This document shows positions 37,543 to 45,700 of a stretch of DNA of 64,000 nt, piece by piece. This DNA comes from an uncultured bacterium. Lineage in GTDB: Bacteria > CG03 > SLGR01 > JAGXOG01. The notes under the pieces are model-generated. The model saw only the letters and a program-made list of their open reading frames with translations, was not told the origin of the DNA and made no database searches. Each line of letters opens with the position of its first letter. Within the stretch, counting starts at the first letter, position 1. The translations under genes and the position numbers were made by a program. Location: assembly GCA_964476445.1 (NCBI GenBank), contig CAYZAK010000001.1, positions 8,351 through 72,350 of the forward strand, written 5' to 3'.

Positions 37543-39495
37543 TTAATGAACTTCTACCCATTCTTTTAATTCCTGATTATCCGGATTTAACTGCAGGGAT
37601 TTTTTATAAGAAGCTTTAGCTTTACTTTCCTCCCCCATAGCTAAATAACAGGAGCCCATATATTGATGGGTCTGCCATATATCAGGGTTGTACTGTAAAG
37701 ATTGCTGGAATTGCTGCACGGCCTGGCTGTAATTTTCGTTCTTATAGGCTTCCAGACCCTTTTCATAAAACTTAAAAGCTATTTCATCGTTATTGGTCTC
37801 TTCTTTTGGCGGACTTTCCATATTTTCTTTTTCTTCAATTGCTTCTTTGGCCGCATTTATTATGTTCTCAAGAACGGACTCTTTCTCTTCTTCTCCAAGT
37901 TCTTCTTCCCAAAGCTCCGCAGTTCCTTCCCCTGTTACACCCGTTATAGTACCGTCCGCTTCCAATTCTTTTATTTTGGCTACAATACCACGCTGACTGT
38001 TTTTTATCTGCTCTCCAGTCACATTACGACCGTATTCAATCTCTTCTTTTAATAAAGCTGCCGCTCCTTCACTCATGTTTTCCATAAACCTCTCCCTGAA
38101 CTCTTCAGAAGTATTTTTAAGGGCAACTCCCAGATCTTTGGTTTCTACTTCCTGGATAATCATCTGTATAGCCGCATCATCCAGATTCATTATATCTTCA
38201 AAACTAAAAATTTGACTTTCAACTTTCTGAGAAAATTCAGGATCTTCTCTGGAAATAGACTCAAGTATCTGATCTCTCTCAGTTTCGCCCATCACCTCCA
38301 GCATACCTACCAGCTTGTCCGCTCCACCGGACACATATTCTATCTTTTGGCTTAAAAATTCATCCACGTGCTCCATAATCTCTTTTGAAGTGCATTGCAT
38401 ACTCACTATCTTTTTAGCAATTTCCGCTTTATTCTCTTCCGGTAAAGCGGCTAACACTTTTGCCGCTTTCGGCGCATCTAAATAATCTATTAACAGTGCC
38501 GCCACAGACGGCTTTTCAAAATTCAAAAGATAGGCCAGTTTTTTTAAATCTTTATTCTCCAAAAACTTTAAAGGTTTATAGGTCATTTTTTCAAACTCCT
38601 CCTCTTCGGTCTCTTCTTGTGTTTCCCCTTCTATATATTCTCCGTCTTCAATTTCTTCTTCCGGTTTTTCTTCATCAAATTCTTCCTCCAGTTCTTCTTC
38701 CATTTCCATTTCAGTTTCCCCGGCCCCCATACCGGCACCTATGCCGCCACCGCCGGCCGTGGCACCGGTAAATTCTGTTTCGGATTTCATCTTTTTTAAA
38801 TCTTTTAAAGTCTGAAGAGTAGCAAAAAGAAATTTACGGAGAGGACCGAACAGAAAAAGGCCAATTATACCCAAGGTAATTAAGCCCAGGACGATTACAT
38901 AAAAATAAGGATTAAATAAAAACCCTACAAAATCAATAGTTCTCCCGGCAAAATCCACCCGCTGAATAGTAAGCCTGTCTCCCCGGGCCGGATTTATATC
39001 AAGAACATCGGTTAGTACATTTTCAATAGTTAGTACGGTTTCATCAGGTATTCCCCGGTCCAGTATTAAACTGACCTGAATACTAGCCAGAAATTCAGAA
39101 GGCAGAGTAATTACATCTTCTATTCTTTTTGCCCCGCCGGTACCTCTTTCGGCATCCTGATCTTCGGGCTGTTCCTCTAACTGTTGTCTTCTTAACGGAA
39201 CTCCGGGAAGGTACTCTTCTACTTCAGGGGAGTACGGCTGATCTTCTTCTCTTTCTTCGGACCACTGCTCGGTCTGAGTTCTGGATTTTTCCAGATCGGC
39301 CAGCTCAACGCTGACAATGACCGATGATTTTCCCTCCCCTACAATTCTTTCCACTATACCGCTTAAATGGGTTTCCAGGCGCTGTTCAGTTTCCATCTTC
39401 TGATTTATCAGGGTAGTATAATCAGAGAATTCAGCTTGGCCCATAAAAAGGGGTACTGCCAACAGTACTGCCAGTTTTTTTAGTATATTTTTCAT
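37543..39495 (-). CDS. Membrane-anchored FliF-like ring-building-motif / FliG (middle + C-terminal domains) / TPR fusion protein
   Basis: Residues ~35-185 contain two FliF/YscJ-like RBM blocks: RLETHLSGIVERIVGEGKSSVIVSVELAD and SIQVSLILDRGIPDETVLTIENVLTDVLDINPARGDRLTIQRVD (cf. FliF ASVTVTLEPGRALDEGQISAVVHLVSSAVAGLPPGNVTLVDQSG). TM at ~187-218; acidic/Gly-rich linker. Residues ~305-525 align with the FliG M and C domains: ILESISREDPEFSQKVESQIFSFEDIMNLDDAAIQMIIQEVETKDLGVALKNTSEEFRERFMENMSEGAAALLKEEIEY versus T. maritima ILESLEEEDPELAEEIRKKMFVFEDILKLDDRSIQLVLREVDTRDLALALKGASDELKEKIFKNMSKRAAALLKDELEY. The C-terminal ~85 aa form TPR repeats. Stop overlaps the upstream FadL-like gene start (ATGA). 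Confidence 0.7.
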   Translation of the reverse strand: MKNILKKLAVLLAVPLFMGQAEFSDYTTLINQKMETEQRLETHLSGIVERIVGEGKSSVIVSVELADLEKSRTQTEQWSEEREEDQPYSPEVEEYLPGVPLRRQQLEEQPEDQDAERGTGGAKRIEDVITLPSEFLASIQVSLILDRGIPDETVLTIENVLTDVLDINPARGDRLTIQRVDFAGRTIDFVGFLFNPYFYVIVLGLITLGIIGLFLFGPLRKFLFATLQTLKDLKKMKSETEFTGATAGGGGIGAGMGAGETEMEMEEELEEEFDEEKPEEEIEDGEYIEGETQEETEEEEFEKMTYKPLKFLENKDLKKLAYLLNFEKPSVAALLIDYLDAPKAAKVLAALPEENKAEIAKKIVSMQCTSKEIMEHVDEFLSQKIEYVSGGADKLVGMLEVMGETERDQILESISREDPEFSQKVESQIFSFEDIMNLDDAAIQMIIQEVETKDLGVALKNTSEEFRERFMENMSEGAAALLKEEIEYGRNVTGEQIKNSQRGIVAKIKELEADGTITGVTGEGTAELWEEELGEEEKESVLENIINAAKEAIEEKENMESPPKEETNNDEIAFKFYEKGLEAYKNENYSQAVQQFQQSLQYNPDIWQTHQYMGSCYLAMGEESKAKASYKKSLQLNPDNQELKEWVEVH

Positions 39496-41090
39496 TCCAT
39501 TAAATCCTCTATTTCAAATTCTTCACTGTCTCTATCCACCGGCCGGCGAACCTGATTAATAAAATTCCTCAGATCATCATCGGCCGGATTAAGCTGCAGA
39601 GATCTTTCCCAGGCCTCCACAGCTCTCTCTTCGTTGCCTATAGAGTAAAAAGACGAGCCAATTCTTTTGTACGCCTGGGCGTTTTCGGGCTCAATAACCA
39701 GCACTTCCTGGTATTCTTCAATGGCCTGGGCATAATCCTCGTTGTAAAAATGCTGAAGTCCCTTATGTAATTTGTACTCGGCCAGGGACATTCCCGAAAC
39801 AACTCTTATCCGGGGATCTGCTAAATTTTCCTTTTCCCCTATCCATCTTAAAAGCTCTTTAGCCTGTTCATCAGTGGGATCTTCAGTAATTATGTGATTT
39901 AAAGCCAGTACTATGATATCAACATTATCATTTTCTATGTACTCCCTTATACCTCTTCTTAAAAGAGAACCCGATCGGGTATCCTCCACTTTACGGGGAA
40001 TCCATTCTGCTATATCGGATAAAATATCCCTTTTTCTGGATACTTCACGGTCAAAAGGATTTAAACTGTAAGCTTTTTCAAAACTTTTCAAGGCATCGTC
40101 ATAAAGACCTTCCCGGTAAGCCACATCACCTTCCGTTTTATATTCCCGGGCGGACCTTTCCTTTATTTCCTTAACAGAACGTCCGAAACTTATAGTGGCC
40201 GATAGCCTGTGCGAGCCACCTAAATCATGGGCCGCATAGGCATAATCCACTCCGTAATCATCATATTCAATTCCAAAACCCAGGTTTAATTCCTGGGGAT
40301 CTATACCCATCCTGAGAGCCAGATAATCCAGAGCCCAGAACTCCATCCCTATATTGTAAGGAAGTCCGCTATCCCAGCCTATGGCAGTACTTATATCCGC
40401 ACCCAGGGACAACCGGTCCCTTAATAACTTGTAATTCACTCCCAAACGGGCCATTATGGGTAATTCATCGGAAGTATTGTAGGATTCGGAAAGTAAATTC
40501 TGCATATTCAATCCCACTCTTAAATCCTCTATGGGGGTATATATTCCCCCAATATCTAAAATATAACTGCCGCTTTTATGATTATCAAGGGTATGGCTCA
40601 TTTTTTTAAAGGTTCCTCCAACTGCCAGCTCTTCTAAAATTCTCTGGCCGTAAGATAAACCGTAAGCACTCTGAATATCCTCAAATGTATGGGTAACTCT
40701 ATTTTTGGCATCTCTTCCTTCAAATCCTCCCATAAAAAGCCGAGTTCCCGAAAACCCGAAAGTTCCCCCGAACTCGGTGGGCTGAACATAACTTACAAAA
40801 TCATATACCGACCCTCCCCATAAAACTGAATGAAGAGCAGTTAATTCACTCCGGTGAAGGTCAGCCAGTCCGGCTGGATTCCAGTAAGTAGCCGAAGCAT
40901 CGTCGGCCAGGGCAACAAAAGCTTTTCCCATGCCCAGAGACCGGGCTCCCGCTCCCCAGGACATAAAAGCACCGGGCATACCCCCACGACCGCTCTTACG
41001 AGCCCAGTTTAAAGTAAACTGGCCCAGCGAAATTATATAAGCCAGAACAATTAATACCAAGACTGATTTTTTTATCAATTTATATATCAT
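39492..41090 (-). CDS. FadL/PorV-like outer-membrane beta-barrel protein with ~230 aa C-terminal TPR extension
   Basis: Signal peptide MIYKLIKKSVLVLIVLAYIISLG (start set at ATG 41090); hatch-domain motif ARSLGMGKAFVALADDASATYWNPAGLADL matching FadL [27 protein letters not shown]; alternating amphipathic strands; C-terminal TPR repeats (YKLHKGLQHFYNEDYAQAIEEYQEVLVIEPENAQAYKRIGSSFYSIGNEERAVEAWERSLQLNP). Confidence 0.6.
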   Translation of the reverse strand: MIYKLIKKSVLVLIVLAYIISLGQFTLNWARKSGRGGMPGAFMSWGAGARSLGMGKAFVALADDASATYWNPAGLADLHRSELTALHSVLWGGSVYDFVSYVQPTEFGGTFGFSGTRLFMGGFEGRDAKNRVTHTFEDIQSAYGLSYGQRILEELAVGGTFKKMSHTLDNHKSGSYILDIGGIYTPIEDLRVGLNMQNLLSESYNTSDELPIMARLGVNYKLLRDRLSLGADISTAIGWDSGLPYNIGMEFWALDYLALRMGIDPQELNLGFGIEYDDYGVDYAYAAHDLGGSHRLSATISFGRSVKEIKERSAREYKTEGDVAYREGLYDDALKSFEKAYSLNPFDREVSRKRDILSDIAEWIPRKVEDTRSGSLLRRGIREYIENDNVDIIVLALNHIITEDPTDEQAKELLRWIGEKENLADPRIRVVSGMSLAEYKLHKGLQHFYNEDYAQAIEEYQEVLVIEPENAQAYKRIGSSFYSIGNEERAVEAWERSLQLNPADDDLRNFINQVRRPVDRDSEEFEIEDLME

Positions 41091-41112
41091 ATCATTTGTA
41101 CAAAAAAAATAC

Positions 41113-41149
41113 CGATTTACCTTTATAAACATGATAAAGGCAAATCGGC
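41113..41149 (-). terminator. Intrinsic terminator-like hairpin between the two FadL-like genes
   Basis: Minus-strand RNA gccgatttgcctttat-catgttt-ataaaggtaaatcggt (15-bp stem, 1 G-U) followed by AUUUUUUUUG. Lies 22 nt upstream of the ATG at 41090 and ~220 nt downstream of the stop of the 41371-42444 gene. Confidence 0.55.
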
Positions 41150-41370
41150 AATTCCAATACATCAACCTGTATTGACTTCCAATTCAACCTACTGGCAATT
41201 CAGCCTTCCTTAACTTTACCAGGAACTGTAATTTTGCGTTACGACGGTTACCCACCGGTTGCCTTTATCAGTAGTTTTTCAATATTCTATTTTCTTTTCC
41301 TATTAAATTAATAACACGAAATCCGGTTTTTTTCAAGGAATTCATTAATGTACCGGTAACTTTCCGTTAT

Positions 41371-42444
41371 TTAATTATCAAATTCAGTTCTTTTATTTTT
41401 AGTTCTTTCCATCCAGTTTCTAATTCTCTTATAATTACTATCTAAAGAATATACCTTATTGAACTCCAGCCAGGCCTTACGGTACTGTTCATCCTTAAAA
41501 AATTTTTTGCCTTTTCTGTACATCTGTTCTATTAATACCGGTTCACCGAATTTAAAATTTAAATCCACCCGATGAGAAATTCCCAGTTCCCCAAAAGGTG
41601 CCAGAGCGTAATCTAGTTCTAAATCCCCCCATCTAACACCTCCCCCAAAACGAAAAGTTTCATCTATATCCGACCGGCTATTCCAGCCGCCCCTAAAATA
41701 AAGAGATTGCCACAAGTCAAACTCCACCCCCCCACCGTATCTTAACTGGTCATTTATATAAATAACGTCGGCGGCTATAAGGGTAAATTTATTCAGTCTT
41801 AATCCCAGACCCGTAAAAAATGAAACAGGCATAGAAGGAACTTCTTCAACCAGCCTCCCGCTCACCCCGGCGTTTTTAACCCCCCCCGAAAGCCACAATC
41901 CTTCAACAGGTTCTACTATAACTCCCCCGTCAAGTCCCACGGCAAAAACACTGTCTTCATGGAGTTGTTCAAATATTCCCTTTAAAGTTAATCCACCGGA
42001 CAGGTACCGGGTAATCCTCTGGGCCTGGGTGTAAGATATATAGTAGTCCCTGGCCGACAATGTCCCGGAAGGTTCCCCATACCAGTCATACCCTTCTATC
42101 TGCTCCACTGAAAGAATGGATATATTAATCCCCCCGGCGGCCATATTCTCCATAGGAAAAGCGAACCCTATTCTCTGCTGGTTTACATCTTGAAAATACT
42201 GATTGTGCATAGCCGAAACAGAGTATCTTTCCACATATCCCAGCCCGGCAGGGTTCCACCAGTAGGCATTGGGGCCATGAGAAACCGCCGTGCCCACCCC
42301 CATTCCTATTTCCCTGGCCCCCACGGGCAAATTAAGAAAATCAAAGGCCGTACTCCCCGGGCCGCTTCCCCAAAGAGAGGGAATTGCTATAACAGATATA
42401 TAAAGAAAAATTATGTATGATTTTTTTAGTATTTTAATCGTCAT
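41371..42444 (-). CDS. FadL/PorV-like outer-membrane beta-barrel protein (paralogue of 39492-41090) with short C-terminal TPR
   Basis: Signal peptide; same hatch motif VGAREIGMGVGTAVSHGPNAYWWNPAGLGYV; C-terminal QMYRKGKKFFKDEQYRKAWLEFNKVYSLDSNY TPR-like repeat; its start overlaps the stop of the 1915-aa CTD protein by 4 nt. Confidence 0.6.
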   Translation of the reverse strand: MTIKILKKSYIIFLYISVIAIPSLWGSGPGSTAFDFLNLPVGAREIGMGVGTAVSHGPNAYWWNPAGLGYVERYSVSAMHNQYFQDVNQQRIGFAFPMENMAAGGINISILSVEQIEGYDWYGEPSGTLSARDYYISYTQAQRITRYLSGGLTLKGIFEQLHEDSVFAVGLDGGVIVEPVEGLWLSGGVKNAGVSGRLVEEVPSMPVSFFTGLGLRLNKFTLIAADVIYINDQLRYGGGVEFDLWQSLYFRGGWNSRSDIDETFRFGGGVRWGDLELDYALAPFGELGISHRVDLNFKFGEPVLIEQMYRKGKKFFKDEQYRKAWLEFNKVYSLDSNYKRIRNWMERTKNKRTEFDN

Positions 42445-42700
42445 CTTATTATCATCAGTTTACCGGTTTTCCGGTTCCCGCCGCTTTTTATATGATAGAT
42501 ATAAGTCCCGCTGGCCACAGTCGCTCCCCGGGTATTTTCCACCGGATACCAGTTGTAAATTCCCGGCTGGGGCGCCTGGGCGTCAGAATGTTTCAGCGTT
42601 TTAACCACCCGCCCGGAAAGAGTGTATATTTCAATTTCGCATTCTGCAGGCAGATATCTGAAAGTAATACCGTCCCGGGGGGCGCCAGTTGGCCTCTCGG
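42441..42700 (-). other. T9SS-type C-terminal sorting domain (CTD) of the 1915-aa protein
   Basis: Terminal ~80 aa with the IY.LSGR.V...G.Y.W...G..VASG.Y.Y.I..G...GKL pattern ending in basic residues. Confidence 0.55.
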
Positions 42701-45700
42701 ACGGTTTATAGGGAACCGGATAGGGATGAGAGTCCTCCATATCGTAATTTCTTCCCCCCATTACCGTGTATACACTAAAATTTTTAAGAGGTGCGCTTAC
42801 CCTGTTTTCTTTGATATTTACCTTCGATGAGATCGGAACCCATTTTTTAGAATTTTCGTCAAGGTAGTAAACTTTAAGAGTACTTTCCTTTACCGGGGGA
42901 TTTAAACCGCTCCTTAAATATTTATCCTCGTAAAGTAAATCAGTATAGTCAAAAGTTATGGTTCCCAGATCTTCAAAAATTTGGTTTTGAGCTATCCCTT
43001 CAGTGGATCTGAAAATTACTTCAGTTGTAAATTCCTCAAACGGATAGTGAAACTTATCCCCCCAGGTCGCCTCAGCGTTATTTGCCGATATTACTTCCGA
43101 AACAGAGGCCAGCTGAGGTTCATTCTGGGGAATTTCTTCGGTGAACTCTATACGGCCGGAAGAGGGAAACTGGCCCGGTTCAACGGTTACTCTTATTCTT
43201 CCCGATGGACTGACAAGGTGATTTCTGTCTTCGTTTTCCACGATAGTCCGGAAACTCCATTTAAAATCTTCATGCATGTTTATCCTGAAAAGGGAAATAA
43301 TATTTTCAGAAGATACCTTTACCCTTATTTTAGAGTTGCCCGGCAGTGACCGGGCGGGAGTAAAAGTTATTGAAGACATGACCACACCCTGCTCGGTTTC
43401 CCGGGGCTGGGCGTAATTTCCGGCCTGAACCGAACTGAAGTGAATTTCCCGGTTAACTTCATTTCCTTCGGAATCGTTAACCTGAATAACCCTTAGGGCG
43501 TCCGAAATTCCTTCGGGAAGTATAAACTGGTCAATATAAATTTCTATCCGGGCGGTGGTATTGTCCTTATTTTTATCCAGTATATGTTCAAGATCCTCAG
43601 GAAACACGGATACAATTCCGGGTCCTTCCTCTTCCTCGTCAATATCTATAAAAATATCAAAATTTTCTTCCGGATCCACCTTATTCCCCGACAGATCTCT
43701 TATTGTCCGGCTGCTGACATCAAGATAGAGCTTGTCATCATCCGCTTCCTCCCGCAAACTCCATATTATATTATGTTCTTCTTCGGGTATCCCTATATAA
43801 ACACCCTTAGAATTCATCTCGCCGGTCTCTATAGTATAAATCTCGCCGGTAAACTCCCGTTTATTTTCGGTGGACGCATATATCGAAAGACCGTCCAGTT
43901 CTATGGTGGTGGAGGAAAGTTCCGGGGAAGTCCATACATCCATGTACTGGTTAAATTCAAGGAAAAGACGAATATCTCCCCCTATAATTTTATAGGTCGC
44001 CTCTTCCAACTGCGGTGAGGTCTCATCCCGGTGCCAGTTAATATCCTGTCTGAATAAAGCGGTGGCCCTTTTTATTGAGTAATTGCCGTGGGTATCTGCG
44101 GTGGCCGAAGATAAGATCCGAAGAAACGGTTCGCCTCCGGGGGGTTCCCCGGCGGCCCGGAAAGCGGCGTCCCACCGGGAAATTTTTTGGCGAAGATGTT
44201 TAGGTATAATAATTTCAACAGCCGAACCGGGGGGACCCACAGTACTGTAATCGAATCCTACAAGAGAAACAGGATTCTCTAATGAGGTCGAACTTTTATA
44301 TAATTCAATCTTTGTAATATCAGTTTTTTCTTTATCTAATTCAGGATGAGGCTCGTTCTCAAAACTTTCTCTTTTGAACTTTAAGTTCAATATAGATTCA
44401 TCGTGTTCATAATAAGTACCGGTTATATCTAAAATTGGTCGGGAATTATTTATTAAAAATTCTTTGCTGGTTAATTTATAATCTATTCCGGGTATCCCGG
44501 ACGAACCGTCATTTACGATTACCCTTAATTTTGTCTGTTCATTATAGGCCCCTTCTTCATCCTGTTGAGAAAGCCAGTTAAAAGTTACCGTGTTAGTACC
44601 GTATTCGGTAACGATATTTTTTATTTGATACTCTTCTTCCGGAGTAAATTCCACGTTCTCTTTCCCTTCAGTTACCGCCCCGGTAGAAGGTAAAGTTGCT
44701 TTTTGCCAGGGAGCATCCGGAGCAGTAGAATACTCCACTTTAAACCTTACTTCGTAGTTAGATTCAGCCCCTACATCCACCTTTACTATTACTTCACCGG
44801 AACCGTCTCTTTTCTTATTCGGGGTTTTTGAAAAAACAGCAGACGGAGGGTCCCGGGTCAAAGCTGTAGTGGTGGCTGTTCGGCTTTCATACCCAAACTC
44901 ATCATAAGCCCACAGACAACCCCAGTACCTGGTATCTCTTTGATGTTTCAGAGTTGTCGTTGATTGAGTATCTATATTTTTAAATTCTATAACCTCCGCT
45001 GTAGAAGTATCTCTGTATATTACATACTCATAACCTGAACTGGAATACCATAATTCATACCGGTCAAAATTCGCTTCTACTGCCTTATCCCACGACCAGT
45101 CCATACTTGTTTCAATGGGATTTTCTATTTGTACATTACCTAAAACCGGGGAACTAATATCTACCGTAAAATCTGTATTATAACTAGCAGAAGTTTCATC
45201 TTTATGATCAGTAAACTTAAGCTGAACAGCGGTAATACTATAATCCTCACCGGCGGCCGGTTCTAAATCTTCTTTTGCATTCCAGACAAAAGTATAGGTG
45301 GAAAACTCATTGTTAAAATTTAATTCCGGGCTGAACTTTTTATCTTTATAGGATGGAGCCATAATATAATTTTCTCCGGCGCCCAGCCAGAACTGGTTTC
45401 CATCCGGAACATAGGTGGAAATTTCCACGTCGTGATCTTTTCCTTCAAACTCAATATCTACCAGTCCGGAACCATCCCTTCTCTGAGCCGCCGAAAGAAT
45501 ATTTACTTTGGGCGGATGATTGGTCTTTTTTACAGCTTTATATGAATAACTATAATTTCCAAAATTATCGTACCCGAAAATAGAAAAATGGTAGGTGGTA
45601 TCCGGGGTAAGACCCGAAACGGTCACCGAAGACCTGCCCCCGTAATAAACAAAATCCAGAAATCCATACCCGGGATTATCTTTTGTAATACAGCCGTCGT

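Noticed and set aside
37543-39495. Calling the 650-aa protein a conventional FliG
   Set aside because: It lacks the FliG N-terminal FliF-binding domain, and has a signal-anchor, periplasmic RBM-like region, TM and C-terminal TPR. It is therefore annotated as an atypical fusion rather than as fliG
41091-41165. ORF-track N-terminal extension of the FadL-like gene (MMYWNCRFAFIMFIKVNRYFFCTND)
   Set aside because: The extension runs through the terminator hairpin and lacks signal-peptide character, whereas Met at 41090 begins a textbook signal peptide
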